64,000 nucleotides of DNA. Source: Octopus vulgaris (taxonomy: Eukaryota). The first letter of the stretch is position 1; every line of letters begins with the position of its first letter. The stretch lies in assembly GCA_951406725.2 (NCBI GenBank), contig OX597835.1, positions 33,728,001-33,792,000 of the forward strand, given 5' to 3'. Positions 37,441 through 50,720 of the stretch are shown in pieces. A program made the position numbers and the translations under genes. The notes beneath the pieces are model-generated. The model was not told the DNA's origin. It worked only from the letters and a program-made list of their open reading frames with translations, and did no database searches.

Positions 37441-40400
37441 ACTTCCAATCTAAAATATCAATATTTTAAAATATAAAAATAATAATTTTAAAATAATTAA
37501 AGTATTAATGAAAAAATATAAATATATAATCTATATATAACCTATATATAATCCATATATAATCAATATATAAACAATATATAAACTAAAATAAACCTTT
37601 CAACAATTAAATATAAAATATAAAATATAAAACAAAACAAAAAATAAACTATATATACACCCATACACATATAACTAATTATATATAACCATATCTAAAT
37701 ACATACACTAAATCACACACCTATATATATATCCCTATACATACACATAAAAACGTCTAGGCAACGATAAATAAATAAAATAGCCAAATACTTCAACACA
37801 ATACTTATTCATACTCCCTCACACACACATACAACCCACATTCCCGCTCTAGAAACGGACATCTTTTAAAATTATGAATGGAGAAATGGAACAAATGGAA
37901 TTAAAAATTATATTCACTTGGTAAAACGAACATTACTTAAAAATTATGAATGAAAACATGCAATAAAACAACAGACCTCGCAAATAGACACAAATTACTA
38001 CGAATTCCTTAATAAAACTACCATGACAAACCAAAACTCATAAAAACATATAATGATAAAATCTCCCTTTACTAAACTCTATAACATACCTATATAGCAA
38101 TCCCCCTAACCTAAACATTCACACACAAATACACACACGTAAACCACACACCCACGACATATACAAATACCCACCTCACTCACACATACCTATACATACA
38201 TATAAACCTCAACATATACTCCAAAAACCCACTCAACCCCACACAGACAAATAAACACATACATCCCCAAACCTATATAGCAAACCCATAAACACATTCA
38301 CACACAAATATACATACGTAAAACACACACCATATACATATACATACTCACCAAACTCGATATATACAACAATATCAACACACCCACACTCATACAGATA
38401 AATAAATTACACAACCAAAATACGCACACACTCACACACAATCCCACATACATAAACACTCCAAAGAAAAACAACATTATTACACATAATACGATATATA
38501 AAATACATCGTAAGTAACCAGAATATCAAAAATAACAATATGACATAAGGAGAAATAATATACATACTTTCAAGTCAGTTTCAAATTATGAAGTGAAATT
38601 AAATTCTAAGCCGTTAAAAAACATCAAACCAAAATTACGTTACCATAGGAACATAACTTATGTATAAAAAGAATACGCGCTATGGAAGCAAACGTCACTT
38701 AAAATTATGAATGGAGAAATAGAATAAATGGAATCAAAAACTATATTCACGCGGTAAACTAACATTATTTAAAAAAATTATGAATGGATTCTTTAATAAA
38801 ACTACCATGATAAATTAAAACTCATAAAAACATAAATGATAAAACCTCCCTTTACTAAACCCTATAACATACCTATATAGCAATACCTTTAACCTATACA
38901 TTCACACACAAATACACACACGTAAACCACACACCCATAACAAATACAAACACCCACCCCACTCACACACACCCACAAGTACATATAAGCCTCAACATAT
39001 ACACCAAACAAAATTACTTTACCAATGAACCTAACATATGTATAAAAAGTATTCCCGCTCTGGAAACGAACATCTTTTAAAATTATGAATGGAGAAATGG
39101 AATAAATGGAATTAAAAATAATATTCACGTGGTAAAACGAACACCACTCAAAAATTATGAATGAAACAATGCAATAAAACAACAAACATCGTAAATAGAC
39201 AAATTACTATGAATTCCTTAATAAAACTACCATGATAAACCAAAACTCACAAAAACATATAATGATAAAATCTCCCTTTGCTAAACTCTATAACAAACCT
39301 ATATAGCAATCCCCCTAACCTAAACATTCACACACAAATACACACACGTAAACCACAGACCCACGACTTATACAAATACCCACCTCACTCACACATACCT
39401 ATACTAACGTATAAACCTCAATATACACCAAAAACCCACTCCCTCCCCACACAGACAAATTAACACATACATCCCCAAACCTATATAACAAACCCATATA
39501 CACATTCACACACAAACACACATACGCAAAACACACACACACAACACATACATACACTCCCTCACATATACGCATATACATACTCACCAAACTCGATATA
39601 TACAACAATATTTACACACCCACACTCATACAGATAAACAAATTATACAACCAAAATACGCACACACTCACACACAATCTCACATACATAAACACTCCAA
39701 AGAAAAACAACATTATTACACATAAACGATATATAAAATACATCGTAAGTAACCAGAATATCAAAAATAACAATATGACATAAGGAGAAATAATATACAT
39801 ACTTTCAAGTCAGTTTCAAATTATGAAGTGAAATTAAATTCTAAGCCGTTAAAAAAATCAAACCAAAATTACGTTACCATAGGAACATAACTTATGTATA
39901 AAAAGAATACGCGCCATGGAAGCAAACGTCATTTAAAATTATGAATGGAGAAATAGAATAAATGGAACTAAAAACTATATTCACGCGGCAAACCAACACT
40001 ACTTAAAAAAATTATGAATGGATTCTTTAATAAAACTACCATGATAAATTATTATATGTATTTATGAGTTCTAGTCTATCTTGGCAGTCCCAACAAACAA
40101 CTTGTAGCAATACTTTTTATACATATGTTAGGTTCATTGGTAACGGAATTTTGTTTGGTGTATATGTTGAGGCTTATATGTACTTGTGGGTGTGTGTGAG
40201 TGGGGTGGGTGTTTGTATTTGTTATGGGTGTGTGGTTTACGTGTGTGTATTTGTGTGTGAATCTATAGGTTAAAGGGATTGCTATATAAGTATGTTATAG
40301 GGTTTAGTAAAGGGAGGTTTTATCATTTATGTTTTTATGAGTTTTAATTTATCATGGTAGTTTTATTAAAGAATCCATTCATAATTTTTTTAAATAATGT

Positions 40401-41721
40401 TAGTTTACCGCGTGAATATAGTTTTGATTCCATTTATTCTATTTCTCCATTCATAATTTTAAGTGACGTTTGCTTCCATAGCGCGTATTCTTTTTATACA
40501 TAAGTTATGTTCCTATGGTAACTTAATTTTGGTTTGATGTTTTTTAACGGCTTAGAATTTAATTTCACTTCATAATTTGAAACTGACTTGAAAGTATGTA
40601 TATTATTTCTCCTTATGTCATATTGTTATTTTTGATATTCTGGTTACTTACGATGTATTTTATATATCGTATTATGTGTAATAATGTTGTTTTTCTTTGG
40701 AGTGTTTATGTATGTGGGATTGTGTGTGAGTGTGTGCGTATTTTGGTTGTGTAATTTATTTATCTGTATGAGTGTGGGTGTGTTGATATTGTTGTATATA
40801 TCGAGTTTGGTGAGTATGTATATGTATATGGTGTGTGTTTTACGTATGTATATTTGTGTGTGAATGTGTTTATGGGTTTGCTATATAGGTTTGGGGATGT
40901 ATGTGTTTATTTGTCTGTGTGGGGTTGAGTGGGTTTTTGGAGTATATGTTGAGGTTTATATGTATGTATAGGTATGTGTGAGTGAGGTGGGTATTTGTAT
41001 ATGTCGTGGGTGTGTGGTTTACGTGTGTGTATTTGTGTGTGAATGTTTAGGTTAGGGGGATTGCTATATAGGTATGTTATAGAGTTTAGTAAAGGGAGAT
41101 TTTATCATTATATGTTTTTTATGAGTTTTGGTTTATCATGGTAGTTTTATTAAGGAATTCGTAGTAATTTGTGTCTATTTGCGAGGTCTGTTGTTTTATT
41201 GCATGTTTTCATTCATAATTTTTAAGTAATGTTCGTTTTACCAAGTGAATATAATTTTTAATTCCATGTGTTCCATTTCTCCATTCATAATTTTAAATGA
41301 TGTCCGTTTCTAGAGCGGGAATGTGGGTTGTATGTGTGTGTGAGGGAGTATGAATAAGTATTGTGTTGAAGTATTTGGCTATTTTATTTATTTATCGTTG
41401 CCTAGACGTTTTTATGTGTATGTATAGGGATATATATATAGGTGTGTGATTTAGTGTATGTATTTAGATATGGTTATATATAATTAGTTATATGTGTATG
41501 GGTGTATATATAGTTTATTTTTTGTTTTGTTTTATATTTTATATTTTATATTTAATTGTTGAAAGGTTTATTTTAGTTTATATATTGTTTATATATTGAT
41601 TATATATGGATTATATATAGGTTATATATAGATTATATATTTATATTTTTTCATTAATACTTTAATTATTTTAAAATTATTATTTTTATATTTTAAAATA
41701 TTGATATTTTAGATTGGAAGT

Positions 41722-41764
41722 CCACCTGAAGATTGTCGATTAGGACAAGAAACAATTGTAGTGG
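41722..41764 (+). ncRNA. Minimal type I hammerhead ribozyme (family 4, right arm)
   Basis: CCAC-CTGAAGA-TTGTC(gattag)GACAA-GAAA-CAATTG-TA-GTGG. Confidence 0.85.
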
Positions 41765-42015
41765 CAGTATTTTTGACTTTTTATTAAAATTTTATGTATT
41801 GATTAAGTCTTTCCTTGTTTGTTTTGCAAAATAGTGGTTTTGTCTCTAATAATATTATATAATATTTTACTATAAAATTGGATTTAATCCTAAATCTGAT
41901 TTTTTCCCTGTAAATTTGGATTTATTCCCTAATATTTATTATATATAAATATATATATGTATATACATGTATAGATATACATATATATATATATATACAT
42001 ATATATATGTGCATG

Positions 42016-42047
<32 letters not shown>

Positions 42048-42196
42048 TATATATACGCCAATATTCTTTCAGTTTTCGTTTACCAAACTCACAAAGATAA
42101 TAGAACTTGGTGGGATCGAGGTTATAGTAGAAGACACTTATACATACATACATACATATATACATAAATACATACATACATACATACATACATACA

Positions 42197-42230
<34 letters not shown>

Positions 42231-42237
42231 CATGCAT

Positions 42238-42274
<37 letters not shown>

Positions 42275-42314
42275 CGTATACATGTGTGTATATAGATATA
42301 TAGATATATATATG

Positions 42315-42391
<77 letters not shown>

Positions 42392-42974
42392 TATGAACAC
42401 TGTATATACATATGTAGAGGGTGTTCACAAATTCTCGTTACAGCTTCCTTAATTTATTATATTGTATCGTCTAGACGTGTTGCGTGCAACCAATAAAACC
42501 TGTGTCGAAGTGTTTTGGTGATTCTAATATAACTTTATTTGTTTGGCAATAAACTATACTCAGTTATCCTTCTGTTTCATTTTTCTCAATTTCCCTATGT
42601 AAGTATGTATGCATACATGCAGATTTGTATGTTTTGTTTCATGCATGTCTTGTTTCATGTATGTTTTGTTTCATGTATATTTAGTGTGGTGTAGTGAAAC
42701 TTTATACCCCCTCCAGGTAAGAAGTGGTAGGAGTCAGCCATTATAAATAGACCAGCGACCAGTCGTCAAGAGAGGGTTGAGCGTCGAAGAGTAGAACGTC
42801 GACAGTTCTAGTCGGTGTCTTGTGTAGCTATCAGGGATAGTAATACAGAAGTTAGTGTATTAGTATTCTGGTTGGATGAGGTACAACGGTATTCGATGAC
42901 TAGTAATTATTGTGGCTACTAGCGTAAATCTGCAACTACACTACTACGGCAGTCACACCAATGGGAGGAACCCA

Positions 42975-43138
42975 CTTCAGTAATGGATTGGATATGTAGT
43001 CTTCGAACCAGCTTTCTCCTTTCTGGTTTTGAGAAGTCTAATTTCTCAAGGTTAATATTTGGGCAGTGTGTTACATATCCCATTGCCCCAATAATTACAG
43101 ATATAAACCTGAATTTGTAGTCTGGAGAGTGTAACTAT
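42975..43138 (-). pseudogene. 3' fragment of an RLE-type (R4/Dong/Hero-like) non-LTR retrotransposon
   Basis: Minus strand reads PDYKFRFISVIIGAMGYVTHCPNINLEKLDFSKPE, resembling the xPxxxGALG C-terminus of restriction-like endonuclease LINEs. Confidence 0.55.
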
Positions 43139-44441
43139 GTATTATTTTATTTTATTTTTATTTTATCTAGTTTCAGCTCACGAGCTGTGGCCATGCTGGG
43201 GCCAAAACAACGGAGAAAAAAGACAACAACAAAAAAACAAGGGGCGGACGTAGTACATTCAAAGTATTAATAAGACGCTCAGAGATAGAAAGAGTGGTTG
43301 TTTTACATTTTGAGCAAAGCTCTTCTTCGGAAACAGGAGACATCGGAAAGTCTAAATGAAAAGGAAGAAGAAGGGGGAAAAATCACCAACTTCCATTGCA
43401 TGTATTGTGTATGTCTGTTCTGTATTTAATCATTTAAATTCTTCCTCTGAAGAAAGAGCTGGTTTCTAACAAAGATACAAAGCTTTGGAATGTAGATAAT
43501 GAAAACAATATCACATTTTAAACCTTGGAAAAGTCTTGCATAGTTTGACTGTGTGCGTGTGTATAGTTGTTGGTTGTATCGAAAGAGCTCAGTGATAGGG
43601 TTAGGGTTATCGAAGTGGTTCAGTAATGCTTGTAATAACACAACTGAGATGTGCTTCGTTTTGAATAATTTATAGAGGGTTGCAATAATCATTAATCATT
43701 GCCGGAATAACTCCTACATTTGAGGGAATAACACAGTTTAAAAGTACTAATAACACAACCTCACAACAGTAAGAAAATTGACTTAATCCCTTGCGCTTTT
43801 TTTTTAACTCAGAAGTCTCTGCTACAAATTGATTTTTTCGCTGGGACTCAAATAACTGATATTCACAGCCAATGAAATGCACGTAAGATGACGTAAGTAA
43901 ATATATAAACAAACTTTTCTGCTTTGTTTTATTTCTACATATATATATATATACATATGTACATACATATATACATATGTATATATGTATGCATGTAGGC
44001 AAATATATATGTAGGTATGTGTGTACGTATGTGTGTATTATTTATATACGTGTAAGTGTCTGAGTTTGTGTCTGAGTTTGTGTATGTGTGTGTGTGATAT
44101 AAGTTTATATATGTGTGTATGTGTGATATATGTTTGTATGTATATTTGTATACGTGTGTATGTTATTTAGATATGTATGTATAAGATTGTATATATGTGT
44201 ATATATTTACGCTTGCATGAATGAGATTGCATATATGCGGGCATACAAGTATGCATGTATGCATGTATATATGTGTGCATGTATGCATGTATGGCATGTG
44301 TATATTCCTATTATACATGCATGCATATATGAATATATATATATATATACACGCACGCATCCATAAATTTATGTATGTATATATATATATATGCTTATAT
44401 ATGTGTATATATGTATTTGTATATATACGTATGCATGCGTG

Positions 44442-44486
<45 letters not shown>

Positions 44487-45436
44487 AATAAAAGTTACAT
44501 CTGCGAAAAATTGTATAATTAATGCCAAGATCAGTGCTCGTTATCAATAAAATTACACGCGTAATTTGTACACAGCGACATTTACACACATTACAAAAAA
44601 ATTATGTCTAAACCGAAAAAGATCAATATATATACATTTAATATTTTTCTGTTTATGAATGCTTTTGAACTTCTGATTTTTCCATCAAAATCGTATGACC
44701 TGTAATTCCGTTGGCATGTATTTTATGACCTGTCATTTTGTTAAAAAATACTTTATGAAAACATTAACCAAAAGCAACGGAATGATAAGCACGGAGAACG
44801 TTGATAGTGTTTTTTTTTTTTCTTTTTAATTAATACTAACACTAGTGTTGTACTTGGTTTGCGATATTCTTAATGTAATTCCGTGTTTTAAAACATATTT
44901 AGTTGTATCTTGGATGGGGGGATCATTATACAAATAAATAAACACACGCACTGATTCGATTTCACTTCTTTTTTGGTATTGATTATTTATTTCGGTCCTT
45001 AGACTGTGGCCATGCTCGGACACCGCCTTGAAGAATTTTTAGAGGAATTTCTTTATTTTTATTTTTCAATTGTTTAACCATTTAACCAATTAATTAATCG
45101 TTTCGTCAATGAACCGACCAATCAGTTAGGATTCTCAAAGTCCCCTCGTCGCTGTTCGCCATGGCATGTCATTGAAGAAGTCACAAAAGCGTAGCTAACT
45201 GACTTGATTGGTTGATTGATTGACTGATTGATTGATTGGTTGAACGATTAATCAAACCAGACAATCAATTAGCTAACTGGTTAAAAAATTTACCAATTGA
45301 CAAGTGAGTGTGGTTAGAAGCTTGCTTCCCATCCACATGATTCCAGGTTCTGTCGCACTACGTGGCAAGTGTCTTCTGCTATACACTTGGGCCGATTGTA
45401 AGTTAATTTGCTAGATGGAAACTGAAAGAAGCTTGT

Positions 45437-45506
<70 letters not shown>

Positions 45507-47431
45507 TGTGTGTGTGTGTGTGTGTCTTTGAGTTTTCCACCACCGCTTGACAAACGGTGTTTAGTTAGCGGTTCGGCAAAAAAATAGGCCGATAGAATAA
45601 GTACCATGCTTCAACAAATGCATCAAGGTGGTGCCCCAGCATGGCCACAGTCTAATGACTGAAACAAGTAAAAGATAAAAGGCAAAAGAATGTGAGATAG
45701 AACCAGTACTTGTGTTTATTTTTGGCATAATGACCCTCCCGAGATACAGCAAAATAGATCAGTATATGCAGAACTTAAGTCGACAAACCATACATAAACT
45801 TTGGTGATTTCTTTACGTGCTGCATCACGGAATTTTGTCAGTGAACAGGTCGCGGTCTCAAAGCGACGAAAATATTTTGACAAATTAAATTTAAATGTTG
45901 AAGTAAATCTAACGGTTTTTGTGTGTTTCTTAAATGACTTATTAACACCTTCCACGCTGTTTATGTGTGTGTGTGTGCGTGTATACAACGGACTTTCACT
46001 TTCCATCTCCCAAATCCACTCACAAAGCTTTGGTCGTTAGTCGGTCCGAAGCTATATTATATTAGAAGACACTTGCACAAGGTTACGCAGTGAGACTGAA
46101 CACGGAACCAGGTGGTTGGGAAGCAAGTTTCTTACCACGCAGCCACGTCAGCGCCTAATTCTAGTATAATAAAAACAAACATTGGTTAAGTGAAAGTTCC
46201 ATAGGTTTCTCTTTTTTGCTTGTTTTTTTTTACTTGTTTCAGTCATTGGAGTGCGGCCAAGCTGTAGGTTTTAGTCGAACAAATGGGCCCCGATACTCAT
46301 TTTCTTTTCTTTTAAATCTGGTACATATTCTATCGGTTTCTTATGCTATACTGCTAAGTTACAAAAAAGTGATCAAGCCAGCGCCAGTTGTTGAAAAGAA
46401 TATAAGTGTGTCGCAAGTGAAAAACGGTGGGGAGCACTGAATTAGATTATGGTTGGAAAAGCCCTTAGCTTCTGGTGGAGGCGAGAAACACAATGACGAA
46501 GTCACACACAGAGGTGTATATATATACATATATACATATGAATAAAATGGAAAATATACATTGTGTACAGGCCATCACCAAAGAGTGGAAAATATGTAAA
46601 CACACACGAGAGAAAAGTAGAGGATAAAAAGGCCGAAAGAAGATAACTCGCTCATCAGTTGTCGGACTGTTTATTACTCCGATTTCGTGCTTTTAACGAC
46701 AATACAGGGAACTTCATAAGGCAGCAGTATATAGAAATTTTTGAAATATAAAATTCATGGAGAGTTAGTGCTTCGAACGAACAAACAACGACAGAGTGGA
46801 CATACAGGGTAAACATTCGGTGAAGACAAACATTAAGGGCCATTAGGCCAAGACGAATTGTAATGAGTAACGCCTGAGAGAAAATTTGAAAGAAATAGAA
46901 TAATTAGAAGAAAGAAAACAGTAGAATAAAATAATTAGAAGAGAAGAAAATAGGAAATAAAACATCGGGAGCCGAGAAAAATAACATCCAACCCGGTGAA
47001 CGCCTAGTCCAGAAAAAAAGGGGCAATAGTAATAGCCTGTAGTAGAGGTAGAGGGAAAGGGAGGCAAGAGAGAGGATGAGGGAAAGAAACAAAAGAAGTG
47101 AAGAGAAGAGAGTAGAAACGAAGGATAGTAGGGAGTGGAACAAACACGAGTAGGGGAAGCAAAGAAGGTTATAGTGGAATAGAGAGAAAGAAAGAAAACA
47201 ATGTGTAGTCGCAAAAATTATATATAGATGTAAGAACATTTTGTGGTGAGGCTGCGTGGCGTTCGATTATGAATAAATGAAATGAAAAACACACACACAC
47301 ACATGCACACACACATATATATATCTATATGTATGTGTATATATATATATGTATGTATGTATTATGTATGTAGGTATGTATGTATGTATGTATGTATGTA
47401 TATATGTATGTATGTATTGCATAAAGGATGG

Positions 47432-47719
47432 TGAGTAAGGCCAGAATAATGCGAGGTAAATGCAAGGCAAATCACAGGAAAACAAATATATGAATTAATG
47501 TAGACTTACCTTGCATTCAATATTTCGAGGTTATGATCCCATTTTCAAGAAATTAACGAATGTTCTCGATGTGCGCACATCGGCAACATTAGGTTAATTT
47601 CTTATAAATGGGATCATAACCCGAAATATTGAATGCAAGGTAAGTCTACATTGATTCATATATTTGTGTTCTTGTGATTTGCCTTGCATTTAATTCGCAT
47701 TGTTCTGGTCATACCCACG
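47432..47719. repeat. ~290-bp loopless fold-back palindrome
   Basis: Centre CGATGTGC|GCACATCG at 47574/47575; arms include ATGTAGACTTACCTTGCATTCAATATTTCG and its exact reverse complement. Confidence 0.9.
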
Positions 47720-47729
47720 ACCCTTTATA

Positions 47730-47764
<35 letters not shown>

Positions 47765-48160
47765 TTCAACGGGCTTCCACAGTTCCTGTGTACCAAATTC
47801 ACTCACAATGCATTGGTCAGCCCAGGACAATAATAGAAGACACTAGCCGGGGGTGATGCACAGTGGTACTGAACCCAAAACCACGTTGTTGCGAAGCGTG
47901 GTTGCGCCTACAGCTATAGCAATACAACTGCGAACTTTCGCAACTTATTGTAAAGTGCACAACCAATAGACCGTTATTATTACTATGACTGCAGCCTGAT
48001 AATGAGGCCAGGAAGGTCTCGAAAAACGTTAATGAAGTTATGGATTTAGGAATGCTTTTGTGCCACTGAACATAAATGATTTATCGGGAAGTGTGAAACA
48101 TCTGTAACAAAAGAATATCAAATTTGAATATCATGGGTCTTTAATATAACACACACACGT

Positions 48161-48214
<54 letters not shown>

Positions 48215-48757
48215 ACAAATACCTGATTGTGTTTTTCTTTCAATGAAGAGTCGACGTAGCTGTCAGATGCTTAATGATGGAGAATTGAACCCAATCATTA
48301 TTGGAATAAAAACCATTTTTTAGTTCCAGTTATTTTATATTTTATCATATTTTATATCATTTTATGCTATTTCATTATTGTTAAATATATTTCTTTATTT
48401 TTACATTTCTGTGTTTTTTTTTATTCCACCAAAATGTTAATCCCTTATACAAATTCCATTATATTCGTTTATCTTTTTTTAATTATTTTTCAGATTTTCT
48501 CTTTTTATTTTTCCTGCTTTCTCCTTTTATACATTTTTCTTTTTACCATTCTTTCTGTTTCAAAAAATGTCAACTGGCCATGTCAGAAAATATTAAAAAG
48601 AAAAAATGAAAAGAATTCTTGTAATTTTGTTTCTAAATCAGAATGAATAAAACTCTGGATAATTGGGGTTTAAGACGTGTTATGATTGTTAATGTTTGTG
48701 TGTGTGTTTGCTGTTTGCGTGCGTCTTCGTGTTTGGTATGTTAGGTATAGGGGCGGG

Positions 48758-50040
48758 AAGAAGAAGAAGAAGAAGAAGAAGAAGAAGAAGAAGAAGAAGA
48801 AGAAGAACAACAACAACAACAACAACAACAATACGAAGAACAAGAAGAAGAAGAAGGTGAAGAAGAACAAGGTGAAGAAGAACAAGAAGAAGAAGAAGAA
48901 AAAGAAGAAGAAGAAGAAGAAGAAGAAGAAGAAGAAGAAGAAGAAGAAGAGACAGAAGAAGAAGAAGAAACAGAAGAAAAAGAAGAAGAACAAGAACAAG
49001 AACAACAACAACAACAACAACAACAACAAGACGAAGAACAAGAAGAAGAAGAAGGTGAAGAAGAAGAAGAAGAAGAAGAAGAAGAAGAAGAAGAAGAAGA
49101 AGAAGAAGAAGAAGAAGAAGAAGAAGAACAAGAAGAACAAGAAGAAGAAGAAGAAAAAGAAGAAGAAGAAGAAGAAGAAGAAACAGAAGAAGAAGAAGAA
49201 ACAGAAGAAGAAGAAGACGAAGAAGAAGAAGAAACAGAAGAAGAAGAAGAAACAGAAGAAGAAGAAGAAACAGAAGAAGAAGAAGACGAAGAAGAAGAAG
49301 AAGAAGAAGAAGAAGAAGAAGAAGAAGAAGAAGAAGAAGAAGAAGAAGAAGAAGAAGAAGAAACAGAAGAAGAAGAAGAAGAAGAAGAAGAAGAAGAAGA
49401 ACAACAACAACAACAACAACAACAACAATACGAAGAACAAGAAGAAGAAGAAGGTGAAGAAGAAGAAGGTGAAGAAGAACAAGAAGAAGAAGAAGAAAAA
49501 GAAGAAGAAGAAGAAGAAGAAGAAGAAGAAGAAGAGACAGAAGAAGAAGAAGAAACAAGAAGAAAAAGAAGAAGAACAAGAACAAGAACAACAACAACAA
49601 CAACAACAACAACAAGACGAAGAACAAGAAGAAGAAGAAGGTGAAGAAGAAGAAGAAGAAGAAGAAGAAAAAGAAGAAGAACAAGAACAAGAACAAGAAC
49701 AAGAAGAAGAACAAGAAGAACAAGAAGAAGAAGAAGAAAAAGAAGAACAAGAAGAAGAAGAAGAAGAAGAAGAAACAGAAGAAGAAGAAGAAACAGAAGA
49801 AGAAGAAGACGAAGAAGAAGAAGAAACAGAAGAAGAAGAAGAAACAGAAGAAGAAGAAGACAGAAGAAGAAGAAGACGAAGAAGAAGAAGAAGAAGAAGA
49901 AGAAGAAGAAGAAGAAGACAGAAGAAGAAGAAGAAGAAGAAGAAGAAGAAGAAGAAGAAGAAGAAGAAGAAGAAGAAGAAGAAGAAGAAGAAGAAAAGAA
50001 GAAGAAGAAGAAGAAGAAGAAGAAGAAGAAGAAGAAGAAA
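48758..50040. repeat. 1.3-kb (GAA)n/(CAA)n purine-rich array with ~600-bp higher-order duplication
   Basis: Block (CAA)n-TACGAAGAACAA...GGTGAAG...GAGACAG recurs at ~48806 and ~49400. Confidence 0.95.
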
Positions 50041-50171
50041 ATAAATAATTATAGAATCAAATTGAAAGTTTGCAAGAAAACTGAAAGATACCAAAATCAA
50101 AAATACGAAAAAAAAATGATATTTATTTATTAATGTTGATTGTTGAATATAAAGTAATGAAGATTAAAAAG

Positions 50172-50440
50172 CAAAGTCGACCTTGGTGGAATTTGAACTC
50201 AGAACGTAAAAACAGACGAAATATCTATTTCTTTACTACCCACAAGGGGCTAAACACAGAAAGGACAGACAAACGGAGATTATATCTATCCCAGTGTGTA
50301 ACTGGTACTTATTTAATCGACCCCGAAAAGATGAAAGGCAAAGTCAACCTCGGCAGAATTTGAACTCAAAACGTAACGGCAGACGAAATACTGCAAAGCA
50401 TTTTGCCCGGCATGCAAACGTTTCTACCAGCTCGCCGCCT
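50172..50440 (-). mobile_element. SINE family B, partial dimer
   Basis: Family B body and head. A plus-strand monomer at ~50865-51075 is flanked by duplicated AAATTGTTATAATTTTAATAA. Confidence 0.8.
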
Positions 50441-50503
50441 GAGGGAGAAATTTTGATTGTGTGAAAAATGTTGTGAAAAATGTTGTGAAAAATTGTATGT
50501 GTA

Positions 50504-50720
50504 ATGATCTCACTTGAGCTTCCTTATAGCCAAAAGTACTTTTATTCTAGTAGCTTCTTTCCTCGAATTCCTTCTCTATGGAACTCGCAGCCATCAGCTT
50601 GTTTTCTTCTGATCATTCAACTCAAGATATTTAGTAATTTAAGTTTTCTGACGATCGACATCTTTCGCATATGTAGGCTCTTTGTTTTCTTTCTTTGAAA
50701 TCCTTCGGCTACAGTGGCCT
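50504..50720 (+). pseudogene. 3' fragment of a CR1/Jockey-like LINE
   Basis: YFYSSSFFPRIPSLWNSQP resembles the SFFPRxxxxWNxLP C-terminal motif. Confidence 0.6.

Larger units (their letters stand above)
37302..41935. mobile_element. Large Penelope-like inverted duplication (arms 37302-39053 and 40109-41860) with an internal ~1.2-kb tandem unit
   Basis: Arms are near-identical reverse complements. ATTCCCGCTCT(A/G)GAAAC recurs at ~37840 and 39051. A hammerhead lies near each outer end. The right end has an unpaired ~75-bp extension. Confidence 0.8.

Noticed and set aside
45067-45300. Weak fold-back with (GATT)n arms
   Set aside because: Complementarity comes largely from low-complexity AATC/GATT repeats; too degenerate to call an element.
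46645-46730. Minus-strand GAAA-TCGGA..TCCGA-CA-ACTGATGA as a permuted hammerhead
   Set aside because: Lacks the UH cleavage site and stem I.
48670-50100. 450-aa poly-K/E/F/L ORFs
   Set aside because: GAA/CAA repeat has no stops in several frames; no evidence of coding.
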